Of a DNA stretch of 59,395 bases, positions 38,792 through 47,585 are shown in pieces; the first letter of the stretch is position 1; each line of letters starts with the position of its first letter. The notes beneath the pieces are model-generated. The model saw nothing but the letters and a program-made list of their open reading frames with translations, searched no databases and was not told the origin of the DNA. Both the position numbers and the translations under genes were made by a program. Source of the DNA: Spirochaetales bacterium (GTDB lineage: Bacteria; Spirochaetota; Spirochaetia; Treponematales; UBA12059); NCBI GenBank assembly GCA_016928955.1, contig JAFGJV010000014.1, positions 70,014-129,408 of the forward strand. The letters are read 5' to 3'.

Positions 38792-38851
38792 TGATTAAAG
38801 GGAAACGATGACGGGGCCGGAGCCAAACCGGCCGCGCGGGAGGGGTGTTTC

Positions 38852-40225
38852 GTGCAGGTTCAGAGGCCGTCGATCATACAGGAACAACGGCAAAAGCTGA
38901 GCCCTCAGATGATTCAGTCCATCCGCCTTATGTCCTTGCCCCTGCAGGAGCTGAAAGAGGAAATCCAGCAGGAGCTGGAGGGAAATCCAGCCCTTGAAAT
39001 CGTGGAAGACCGCTCGACCGTTTCTCTGGAGAGTATTAAAGAGGAGCGCGAGTCCGATTCGGATACCCAGCGCCTGTTCGAGGCCAGCTCCGATCCGGGC
39101 TGGAACCGGAGCTCGGACGACGACTCCGACGCCAAGCGCATGTTCCTAGAAGGCGCCATAACCAGCCCGGAGACGCTCCAGGACCACCTGCTGTGGCAGC
39201 TCAGGCTCCAGCCGCTCTCGGCAGACCAGCGCGGCGTGGGCGAGAAGCTGATTCAGAACCTGGACGCCGACGGTTTCCACAAAGAGGATCCCTATGTACT
39301 CTGCCAGGGGCACTCGCCGGAGCTGGTGAACATGGTCATGGCCGTGATCCGGAGCCTTGAGCCGGCGGGCTGCTGCGTGGGCAATTACCGCGAGTCGCTG
39401 GTGGCCCAGACCCTTCTGGCCCCGGACGCCCCGCGCACGGCCCTTGCCATCCTGCGCGACCACATGGACCTTCTGGAGCGCGGCCGCGTACAGGACATAC
39501 AGCGCAGGCTCAAGCTGACTGAAGCGCAGCTGGATGAGGCCATGACCTTCATCAGGAGCCTCAACCCCTTTCCCGGGCGCCAGTACTCGGCGGAAGAGGC
39601 CCGCTACGTGGTCCCGGACGTCCTTGTCAAGCTCAAGGACGGCGAGTTTGTCATAGCCATAAACGACGAGGAAATCCCCGTCATCGGCATCAATCCCTTC
39701 TTTGACGAACTGGCCGAGAGCAAGCACGACAAGGCTACGGACTCCTTTGTCAAGGACAACATCCGCAAGGCGCGCTGGTTTATCCAGAGCATCCATCAGC
39801 GCAACCGGACCCTGCTCAAGGTGGTCCGCTCCATAGTGGAATTCCAGCGCCAGTTTTTTGCTCGGGGACCCAAGTACCTGGCCCCGCTCACGCTCAAGGA
39901 CATAGCGGCCGAGGTCGGCGTGCACGAGACGACGATATCGCGCATCGCCGGCAAGAAATACCTGCAGACCGACTGGGGCATTTTCGAGCTCCGCTACTTC
40001 TTCACCAACAGCATATCGGGAACCGGATCCCGGGGGTCGCGGTTCTCCAAGGAGGGCGTGAAACAGGTCATCAAGGAGCTGATAGAGGGAGAGTCGCGCG
40101 CCCTGTCCGACCAGGACATCAGCGAGGCCCTTGCGCTCAAGGGCATCAAGCTGGCCAGGCGGACGGTGGCCAAATACCGCCAGGAGCTCAACATGGATTC
40201 GTCGTTCAGCCGCAAGCACGGCTGA
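38852..40225 (+). CDS. rpoN: RNA polymerase sigma-54 factor
   Basis: Gln/Leu-rich region I, VHETTISR helix-turn-helix, RpoN box ARRTVAKYR. Confidence 0.98.
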   Translation: MQVQRPSIIQEQRQKLSPQMIQSIRLMSLPLQELKEEIQQELEGNPALEIVEDRSTVSLESIKEERESDSDTQRLFEASSDPGWNRSSDDDSDAKRMFLEGAITSPETLQDHLLWQLRLQPLSADQRGVGEKLIQNLDADGFHKEDPYVLCQGHSPELVNMVMAVIRSLEPAGCCVGNYRESLVAQTLLAPDAPRTALAILRDHMDLLERGRVQDIQRRLKLTEAQLDEAMTFIRSLNPFPGRQYSAEEARYVVPDVLVKLKDGEFVIAINDEEIPVIGINPFFDELAESKHDKATDSFVKDNIRKARWFIQSIHQRNRTLLKVVRSIVEFQRQFFARGPKYLAPLTLKDIAAEVGVHETTISRIAGKKYLQTDWGIFELRYFFTNSISGTGSRGSRFSKEGVKQVIKELIEGESRALSDQDISEALALKGIKLARRTVAKYRQELNMDSSFSRKHG

Positions 40226-40244
40226 GCGGTGCAAGGAGGTTTTC

Positions 40245-40538
40245 ATGACAATTGATGTCCGTTCCGTGCATTTCGAGATGAGCGACGCGAACCGGTCCTA
40301 CCTGGACAAGAAGCTTGAGAGGATAGCGTACGCCAAGGACCTGATTGTGGACCTGTTGTTTTCGTTCACCAAAGACAAGCAATTCAAATGCGAATGCACG
40401 GTCAATTTCCGCTGGGGCTCCCAGGCCCACGTGCAGGAAACGGACTTTGACCTGACCGCGGGCATGGACAAGCTGATGGATACCCTGGAGCAGAAAATCA
40501 ACAAGGAGAAAAAAAAGGTCCAGGACAAGAAGCAGTAG
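40245..40538 (+). CDS. hpf: Ribosome hibernation promoting factor (short HPF/RaiA)
   Basis: 97 aa downstream of rpoN; MTIDVRSVHFEMS..YLDKKL..DKLMDTLEQKINKEK; AAGGAGG RBS. Confidence 0.85.
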   Translation: MTIDVRSVHFEMSDANRSYLDKKLERIAYAKDLIVDLLFSFTKDKQFKCECTVNFRWGSQAHVQETDFDLTAGMDKLMDTLEQKINKEKKKVQDKKQ

Positions 40539-40546
40539 AGATACGG

Positions 40547-40576
40547 ACCGCCGGCTTAACGCCGGCGGTTTTTTTT
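40547..40576 (+). terminator. Intrinsic terminator after hpf
   Basis: ACCGCCGGC/GCCGGCGGT stem followed by a long T tract. Confidence 0.88.
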
Positions 40577-40638
40577 GCGCGTCCGGGACGGCGGCATCCG
40601 ATTGCGCAAGCGCCGGAATCGCATTATGCTTCCGCACG

Positions 40639-41628
40639 ATGGACGAAAAGCGTTTTACCGTGCTTGACCTTCTGGATCTGGACCTCAAGGAGCACGACAC
40701 CCTGGATCTCCGCTGCATAGGCGGCCGCAAGGGCCTGGGCAGGGAGATCAACGGAGCGGATATCAACCGCCCCGGTCTTGCCCTGTCCGGCTTTTTTGAG
40801 AGCTTTGCCTTCCAGCGCATACAGCTCATCGGCAAGGGCGAGTCCGCCTACCTCCGCCTTCTGGCGGCTGAAGCGCGCAACGAGAGCTTTGGGAAGATAT
40901 TCAGCTATCCGGTGCCCTGTTTCATCTTCACAAACGGCGAGCCGCCGGAACCCAACTTTGCCGCGGCGGCCGAGGCAGCCGACTGCCCCATACTCCTGTC
41001 GCCCCTGTCGTCCACCGAGCTTGCCGCCCGCCTGATGCGCGTGTTGGCAACCGTCTTTGCCCCCAAGACCAGCGTGCACGGCGTGCTGGTGGAGGTGTTC
41101 GGCATAGGCATACTCCTGACCGGCGACTCAGGCGTGGGCAAGAGCGAGACGGCCCTGGAGCTGATCGAGCGGGGGCACCGCCTGGTGGCGGACGACGTTG
41201 TGGAAATCCGCTGCGTGAGCGGCAACATCCTGATGGGCTCGGGCGCCAACAAGGTGATCGGCCACCACATGGAGATCCGGGGCCTGGGAATCATAAACGT
41301 GACTCACCTGTTCGGCGTGGGCGCCATCAGGGACAAGAAACAGGTACAGCTGATATGCATGCTTGAGGAGTGGGATTCCAACAAGGTGTACGACCGCATA
41401 GGCACCGACGAGAATTTCGAGGAAATACTGGGCGTCAAGATTCCCAAGCTGGAAATACCCGTCAAGCCGGGCCGCAACATACCCATCATCGTGGAGACGG
41501 CGGCCATGAACGAGCGCCTGAAGAAGATGGGGTACCATTCGGCCAGGGAGTTCAACCAGAACATCCTGCGCTGGCTGGAAAGCGAAAGCGCGCGCGCTGT
41601 GTATTTCGGGCGCGACGAATCCATTTGA
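40639..41628 (+). CDS. hprK: HPr kinase/phosphorylase
   Basis: NRPGLALSG, GDSGVGKSETALEL, LVADD, EIRGLGII, PGRN. Confidence 0.97.
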   Translation: MDEKRFTVLDLLDLDLKEHDTLDLRCIGGRKGLGREINGADINRPGLALSGFFESFAFQRIQLIGKGESAYLRLLAAEARNESFGKIFSYPVPCFIFTNGEPPEPNFAAAAEAADCPILLSPLSSTELAARLMRVLATVFAPKTSVHGVLVEVFGIGILLTGDSGVGKSETALELIERGHRLVADDVVEIRCVSGNILMGSGANKVIGHHMEIRGLGIINVTHLFGVGAIRDKKQVQLICMLEEWDSNKVYDRIGTDENFEEILGVKIPKLEIPVKPGRNIPIIVETAAMNERLKKMGYHSAREFNQNILRWLESESARAVYFGRDESI

Positions 41629-41670
41629 CGGCGGCAGGGCTGCACCCGGCCTCCGACGCGGAGTAGAAAC

Positions 41671-41937
41671 ATGGTAGAGCGAGCCACCGTCATCAAGAAC
41701 CGGGCTGGCATCCACGCGCGGCCGGCGGCCCTGATCGTCCAAACCGCGGGTAAATACAAGTCGCGGGTGTTCCTGGACAAGGACGGCGAGCGGGTCAACG
41801 CCAAGAGCATCATGGGCATCATCACCCTGGGCGCCGGGTACGACACCAAGATAGTTGTGGTGGCCGAGGGCGAGGACGAGGAAGCGGCCGCGGAAGCCGT
41901 GGCCCAGCTGTTCGACCGGCGCTTCGAAGAGGAGTGA
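41671..41937 (+). CDS. ptsH: Phosphocarrier protein HPr
   Basis: GIHARPA (His15), NAKSIMG (Ser46), GEDE. Confidence 0.96.
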   Translation: MVERATVIKNRAGIHARPAALIVQTAGKYKSRVFLDKDGERVNAKSIMGIITLGAGYDTKIVVVAEGEDEEAAAEAVAQLFDRRFEEE

Positions 41938-43712
41938 TGGCAGGCCGCGGGCGCACCTGGAACGGCCGCGCAAAGGCGGGCGTTGCTGACACCATAGTCA
42001 CCGCGCTGGTATACCTGGCCGCTGTGGCCGCCCTGGCCGCGAGCCTGGACGGCGCCCTGTCCTTGCCGGACGCAGAGGGAGGCGTGCGCAGGGGCGTGGC
42101 GAACGCCCTGCTTTTGGTCCTGCCGCTGGCCCTGGCCGCGGTCCTGGCCCTGCACGTGGCCGGGGCCGTGCGGAACTACAGGAAAGGCGCCTGGGGCGCG
42201 CGCCTGCGGTGGAGGACCATGATCCTCTTCATAAGCGCGGCCTTGGCCGCGGCCCTGCCGACCTTCCTTGCCCTGGGAGTGCTCCTGGCCAGGAACGCCG
42301 ACGCCCCCTTCTCCGCCGGGATTCGGGCCAGCCTGGACGCCGGCATTGAGCACGTGCTTGCCTACTACGAGGAACTGGACGCGGACCTGGAGACCCTGGC
42401 CGAACGCGACCTGCCCGGGGCTGCGGCCGCCAACGCGCTCTCGGCGTCCGGAACCCTTGCCAGCCTGTCAGGACGCGAGCCGGGACTTGAGTCCCTGGAA
42501 TTTTTCGAGGATGGCCGCTCGTTCTCCTATGCCGGGCCGGACGGCCTCCGGTCGGAGGACGGGAAAGCCCCCATGGACGCAAGCGGCTTTCTTCCGAGGC
42601 TGTCCATAGGCCCTTCAGGATACATACGCTACCACGCGCGCGACGCAGGCACCGCGAGGAACGGCGGACGGCTGTCGGCCACGCTGGCCATGCGCGTGCC
42701 GGAAACGGCCGCGCGGGCTGCCACGGCCCTGTCCCTGGCAAGGCGTACCCTGCTGCCGTCCGGCCCCGAGTCCGGCAAGCGCGTGGCCTTCTTTGTGCTG
42801 GCCATGCTGGCGCCGCTGTTAGTACTGGCTTTCAGGCTGGCTGAGCACGCGGCCGACTCCCTGTTGGCCCCGGTAGGCGCCCTAGATGACGCCATCCGGA
42901 AAGTCGGGGCCGGCGAGCGCCGCGCGCCTTATCTGGCCAAGCCGGGAGACGAGGCGGGGGCGCTCATAGAGTCGTTCAATACCATGCTGGAGCGGCTCGA
43001 GCGGTCCCGGGGCGACGAGCTGCGCACGGAGCGCCTTTTATCATGGCGTGACCTGGCCCGGCGTCTGGCCCACGAGCTCCGCAATCCCCTAACGCCCATA
43101 CGCCTTTCAGCCGAGCGCGTGCTCAAGCGCTGGAAGGAAGACCCCGGCGCGGTAGGCGGCATCCTGGAGAAATCCATGGTGGCCATCATCCAGGAAGCGG
43201 CCAACATGGAAAGTCTCCTCACCGAGTTCAGGGACTTTGCCCGCCTGCCCGAGCCCCACCGCGAGTGGGTCAGGCTCAGGGAGCTGGTGGACGAGTCCCT
43301 GTACCTGTATTCAGCCTCCTGGCCAGGCCTGGTCCTGGACGCGTCCGGCGTGGACAGCGGCATCATGCTGCGGGCGGACAAGGGGCACATCAAGCAGGTG
43401 CTCGGCAACCTGGTATCCAACGCCGCCGAGGTAACGTCCGGCAGGGGCAGGGTGTGGATAAGCGCCGACCTTGTCAAAACGGCCGAGAGCCGCTACTGTA
43501 GGCTTCAGGTCAGGGATGACGGCCCCGGAATCCCAGAGGACGCGCAAAGCCAGGTGTTCCGGCCGTATTTTTCCACCAAGCCCGGCGGTACCGGGCTGGG
43601 CTTGGCCATCGTGGAGCACATCGTGGCCGCCCATGGCGGATCCATCCGCTTCGAGACGGCGCCGGGCCGGGGCACCGTGTTCATCCTGGACCTTCCCACC
43701 TTTGAGAATTGA
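41937..43712 (+). CDS. Membrane sensor histidine kinase with HAMP domain (NtrY-like)
   Basis: N-terminal TM segments, HAMP, WRDLARRLAHELRNPLTPI, NLVSNA, DDGPG, GTGLGL. Confidence 0.9.
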   Translation: MAGRGRTWNGRAKAGVADTIVTALVYLAAVAALAASLDGALSLPDAEGGVRRGVANALLLVLPLALAAVLALHVAGAVRNYRKGAWGARLRWRTMILFISAALAAALPTFLALGVLLARNADAPFSAGIRASLDAGIEHVLAYYEELDADLETLAERDLPGAAAANALSASGTLASLSGREPGLESLEFFEDGRSFSYAGPDGLRSEDGKAPMDASGFLPRLSIGPSGYIRYHARDAGTARNGGRLSATLAMRVPETAARAATALSLARRTLLPSGPESGKRVAFFVLAMLAPLLVLAFRLAEHAADSLLAPVGALDDAIRKVGAGERRAPYLAKPGDEAGALIESFNTMLERLERSRGDELRTERLLSWRDLARRLAHELRNPLTPIRLSAERVLKRWKEDPGAVGGILEKSMVAIIQEAANMESLLTEFRDFARLPEPHREWVRLRELVDESLYLYSASWPGLVLDASGVDSGIMLRADKGHIKQVLGNLVSNAAEVTSGRGRVWISADLVKTAESRYCRLQVRDDGPGIPEDAQSQVFRPYFSTKPGGTGLGLAIVEHIVAAHGGSIRFETAPGRGTVFILDLPTFEN

Positions 43713-43725
43713 GGAAACGTAAGCG

Positions 43726-45087
43726 ATGGGTTCCATACTCGTTATCGACGACGAACCGGGTATCCGCTCCACGGTAAAGGACATCCTTGAGGACGACGGC
43801 TACTCGGTTCTGCTCGCCGAGGACGGGCCCGTTGGCCTGGACGTCCTGCGGCGGGAAGACGTGGACACGGTCGTCCTGGACGTATGGCTGCCACGCATGG
43901 GCGGCATAGACGTGCTCAAGGCCGTCAAGGCCGACCATCCCGGCGTTGAGGTTATCGTCATATCCGGGCACGCAAGCATCGACATGGCGGTCAACGCCGT
44001 CAAGCTCGGCGCCTTTGACTTCATAGAAAAACCCCTGTCCATAGACCGGCTGACCACGTCCATACGCAATGCCCGCGCCCTGGCCGACCTCCGCGTGGAG
44101 AACGCTCGGCTCAAGCGGGCCGTGGTGGAAGCTGACGACCTGGGCGGGAATTCGGAAGCCATAGAAGCGGTCAGGGCGCTGATCGAGCAAAGCGCCAAAA
44201 GCGACGCCCACGTGCTCATCAGCGGGGAAAACGGCACCGGCAAGGAGCTGGCGGCCCGCGGCATACACGCGCGCTCGGCTCGGGCGGCCGGCCCCTTTGT
44301 GGCCGTCAACTGCGCCGCCATACCGGACACGCTGATAGAGAGCGAGCTTTTTGGCCACGAGAAGGGCGCGTTCACGGACGCCGTGTCCAGGCGCAAGGGC
44401 CGCTTTGAGGCCGCCAACGGCGGCACCCTGTTCCTGGACGAGGTGGCCGACATGTCCCTGGCCGCCCAGTCCAAGGTCCTCCGCGCCATCCAGGAACTGC
44501 GCTTTGAGCGCGTGGGCGGCGAGGAAACCCTCTCGGCCGACGTGCGCCTGATAGCCGCCAGCAACAAGGACCTGCGCGCCGAGATAGCGGCCGGACGCTT
44601 CCGCGAGGACCTGTTTTTCCGGCTGAACGTCATACCCATACGCATGCCATCCCTGCGGGAACGGCCCGAGGACATACCCGCCCTGGCCTCTGCGTTCCTG
44701 GCCGAGTTGTCCACCAGCGCGCCCAGAAGGCTGTCCGCGGAGGCCGCCGCCGCCATGGCGCGCTACGAATGGCCGGGCAACGTGCGCGAGCTCAAGAATT
44801 TCCTAGAACGGGTGGCCGTGATGAGCGACGAGGACCCGGTGTCAGAGGCAACGGTGGCCCATTTCCTGGGCGGAGGCCAGCCGACGGCGGCCCACACGCC
44901 CGAGGACCTGGACAGCCTCTTTGAGCTGCGGCTCGCGGAAGCCAAGGACGAATTCGAACGACGATATATTCAGCACATTTTGCGCGCCAGGGAGTATAAT
45001 GTCACCAAGGCCGCGGAAATCATGGGCGTCTATCCCGGCACCCTGCACGCAAAGATCAAGAAGCTCGGCATAGAGGTTTTGCCATGA
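43726..45087 (+). CDS. Sigma54-dependent response regulator (NtrX/NtrC-like)
   Basis: REC domain (DVWLP), GENGTGKE, GAFTDA, LFLDE, WPGNVREL, Fis-type HTH. Confidence 0.93.
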   Translation: MGSILVIDDEPGIRSTVKDILEDDGYSVLLAEDGPVGLDVLRREDVDTVVLDVWLPRMGGIDVLKAVKADHPGVEVIVISGHASIDMAVNAVKLGAFDFIEKPLSIDRLTTSIRNARALADLRVENARLKRAVVEADDLGGNSEAIEAVRALIEQSAKSDAHVLISGENGTGKELAARGIHARSARAAGPFVAVNCAAIPDTLIESELFGHEKGAFTDAVSRRKGRFEAANGGTLFLDEVADMSLAAQSKVLRAIQELRFERVGGEETLSADVRLIAASNKDLRAEIAAGRFREDLFFRLNVIPIRMPSLRERPEDIPALASAFLAELSTSAPRRLSAEAAAAMARYEWPGNVRELKNFLERVAVMSDEDPVSEATVAHFLGGGQPTAAHTPEDLDSLFELRLAEAKDEFERRYIQHILRAREYNVTKAAEIMGVYPGTLHAKIKKLGIEVLP

Positions 45088-45683
45088 GGGAATTGACCGA
45101 TAGACAGAAGACCGTGCTCCAGTTCGTGAAGCACTACGTGAACGAGAAGCACTACCCGCCCTGCGTAAGGGAGACCGCCCAGTACCTGGGCATCACCCCC
45201 AAGGGAGCCTACGACCACCTCAAGGCCCTGGAGAAAAAGGGCTGCCTGCGCATCGGGGAGGGCACGTCCAGGTCCATAGAACTTCTGGACAGGAGCGACG
45301 CCCCGTCAACGGTGGCCGAGCTTCCGCTGCTGGGCGAGGTGGCCGCGGGCCGGCCCATCTTTGCCGACGAGAACTTTGAGTCCACGGTGTGCGTGCCCGC
45401 GGCCATGCTGGGGGCCAAGCCCTGTTTCGCGCTCAGGGTCCGGGGCGACAGCATGACGGGGGTGGGCATCCTGGACGGCGACATAGCCGTCATCGAGCAG
45501 CGCACCACGGCGAACGACGGCGACATCGTCGTAGCCCTGATGGAGGACTCGGTAACGCTCAAGCGCTTTTACAAGGAAAAGGGCAGGGTTCGCCTGGCGC
45601 CCGAAAACCCGGCGTACGCGCCCATATACACGCAGGACCTCAGGATACTCGGCAAGCTCCGGGGCCTGGTCCGCACCTACTGA
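45084..45683 (+). CDS. lexA: LexA repressor
   Basis: LTDRQ wHTH, VAAG cleavage site, GDSM Ser and TLKR Lys. Confidence 0.95.
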   Translation: MRELTDRQKTVLQFVKHYVNEKHYPPCVRETAQYLGITPKGAYDHLKALEKKGCLRIGEGTSRSIELLDRSDAPSTVAELPLLGEVAAGRPIFADENFESTVCVPAAMLGAKPCFALRVRGDSMTGVGILDGDIAVIEQRTTANDGDIVVALMEDSVTLKRFYKEKGRVRLAPENPAYAPIYTQDLRILGKLRGLVRTY

Positions 45684-45692
45684 GACCGCGGC

Positions 45693-46694
45693 ATGGAGCC
45701 TGTGGTGGTGGTGGGCGGGCCGGAACTGGGCCGCCGGAACGATTTTGTCAAACAGCTGCTCGCGCGTTGCGCCAAGGACTGGGGCGAGGCGCCGGAGGAG
45801 CACAGGCTGTATGCCCAGGATGCGGGCGTGCCGGCCCTCCTTGACCTTCTGCTCAACGGCTCGCTGTTCTCGGCCGGGAAATTCGTGCAGTACCTGGGCG
45901 CGGACCAGATCAAGGCCAAGGCGGACGTCCAGGCCCTGATCGACTACGCCGCCAGGCCGGCGGAACGCACCGTGCTTGTCCTGGTGTCCGATTCCTACGG
46001 CGTGGACAAGGCGCTCGAGTCGGCCCTGCCCAAGGACGCAAAGAAAATCTTTTGGGAGCTGTCGGAAGCCGAGATGGGTCACTGGGTCCGCGACTGGTTC
46101 TTGTCCCAGGGGCTGTCCGTGGAGCCGGCCGCCATTGAGGCCCTGCTTGAGCTGGTGGAGAACAACACCGACGCCCTCAGACGGGAATGCTCGCGGCTGG
46201 CCCTCTTTTTCCCGGAGGGCTCCCGCGTTACCGAAGACGACGTGGAACGCTACATGAGCCACAACCGCGCGGAGGACGCCTTCAGCCTGTTTGACAGGAT
46301 GGCGTCCGGCGGTTTTGAGCAGGCTCTGGACGTGCTCGCGGCCATCTTGAGCGACAGGGACGGCAACGGGGTGGGGCTCCTGGCCGGCCTTTTATGGTCG
46401 TTCAGGCGCCTTTCGGCCCTGCATGCCGCCATGGCGGAGGGCAAGGGCTTTGCCGACGCGGCGAGGGGCCTCCGCATTACCAGCCGCAAGCTCCTGGCCC
46501 AGTATGACGCCGCCCGCCAGCGCTGGCCGGCCCGTGTGTGCGCTGCCCTGGTCGCCTTTGGGGTGGAGGTGGACGCCCAGCTGCGCGCCCTTGGCCAGGC
46601 CCACGAGCGCACGCTCCTGGAGCTGTTTCTGTACGGCTGCATGGTCAAGGGCGGTCCCGTGGCCCTGGAAGCTCCGGACAGGATACGATGCTAG
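45693..46694 (+). CDS. holA: DNA polymerase III delta subunit
   Basis: SLFS motif, clamp-loader delta size and pattern (ECSRLALF, VTEDDV, AFSLFD). Confidence 0.85.
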   Translation: MEPVVVVGGPELGRRNDFVKQLLARCAKDWGEAPEEHRLYAQDAGVPALLDLLLNGSLFSAGKFVQYLGADQIKAKADVQALIDYAARPAERTVLVLVSDSYGVDKALESALPKDAKKIFWELSEAEMGHWVRDWFLSQGLSVEPAAIEALLELVENNTDALRRECSRLALFFPEGSRVTEDDVERYMSHNRAEDAFSLFDRMASGGFEQALDVLAAILSDRDGNGVGLLAGLLWSFRRLSALHAAMAEGKGFADAARGLRITSRKLLAQYDAARQRWPARVCAALVAFGVEVDAQLRALGQAHERTLLELFLYGCMVKGGPVALEAPDRIRC

Positions 46695-47371
46695 CTTCCG
46701 TTTGACGGGGCGGGTTTCCAGCCGGAAAAGCCAAAGCTCATGCGGTAGCGCTTTTTCACAAAAAGGATGGTCGCCTCCACGTTCAGCGTGGTGCGGGACG
46801 TCACCAGGGCGTCGCCCACATAGTCGTACTCAAAGCGCGACTCCATGCGCTTGACCATGGGCGGTAGCTTTTCCCATACCTGGCTGGCCGCCCTGGCCCT
46901 GCCGTCCGGCCCAAAGGTGACCACGCCCGACACCGGTCCCTGTTCCGTTTCCAGTAGATAGGACACGTTGAGGGATCCGTCCGCGGCGCTTGCCCCGGCC
47001 TTGAGCGAGCGCGTGGCTGCGTACGCGGCGTCAAAGGGGTGGGCGTCATACCCGGGCGGTGGTCCAGACGCTGAACCGGCCTTGGAATAGCGCTTTTGCC
47101 AGTCGTCGCTCACGTCCTTGCCGTTTTTCGACGCCCACAGCACGGTCACCTGTTGGGTGCCGTCGGCGGCCCAGGACGTGCTCGTTTCGCCTTCTTCGCG
47201 CGACACCGCGCGCCCTTCGGCATCCAGTTCCTCTATCAGTATGCTTGACCGCGTGGGCGCGTATGCCTGGCCCCGGGCGCTGGCCGCCTCGGCCTCCTGC
47301 CAGTAGGAACCAGGAACGCCGGACAGGGCCGACGCAAAAACCACGACGAGGGTAAGTAACGCTCGCGCCAT
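46691..47371 (-). CDS. Hypothetical secreted beta-rich protein
   Basis: Signal peptide MARALLTLVVVFASALSG; AGGAAGG RBS; no family recognised. Confidence 0.65.
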   Translation of the reverse strand: MARALLTLVVVFASALSGVPGSYWQEAEAASARGQAYAPTRSSILIEELDAEGRAVSREEGETSTSWAADGTQQVTVLWASKNGKDVSDDWQKRYSKAGSASGPPPGYDAHPFDAAYAATRSLKAGASAADGSLNVSYLLETEQGPVSGVVTFGPDGRARAASQVWEKLPPMVKRMESRFEYDYVGDALVTSRTTLNVEATILFVKKRYRMSFGFSGWKPAPSNGS

Positions 47372-47585
47372 GCTATGCCTTCCTAAAATAGGGCTTTCAT
47401 GATACAGTATAACTAAATATCAATGCACTACCGAATATCAAAAGGGAGCACTAAGGAAAGGCGTCCGCGGCATCGGTTCGCGGGAGCCGTGCCGGGCTCC
47501 GTCCCAAGCAAAATACCGGAGTCTGTTGGCTAGAAATTCCGCCGGTCGTCCGCAGCTGCGTTCAGTCCGGTTCTTTGGCGGTGCG

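Noticed and set aside
38560..38850. CIRCE element upstream of grpE
   Set aside because: No TTAGCACTC-N9-GAGTGCTAA match on either strand
47440..47585. c-di-GMP riboswitch upstream of the GGDEF-EAL gene
   Set aside because: Only a GCAAAA and small stems; the GGCAAA/GNRA/GACGCAAA architecture is not evident. A cmscan would settle it
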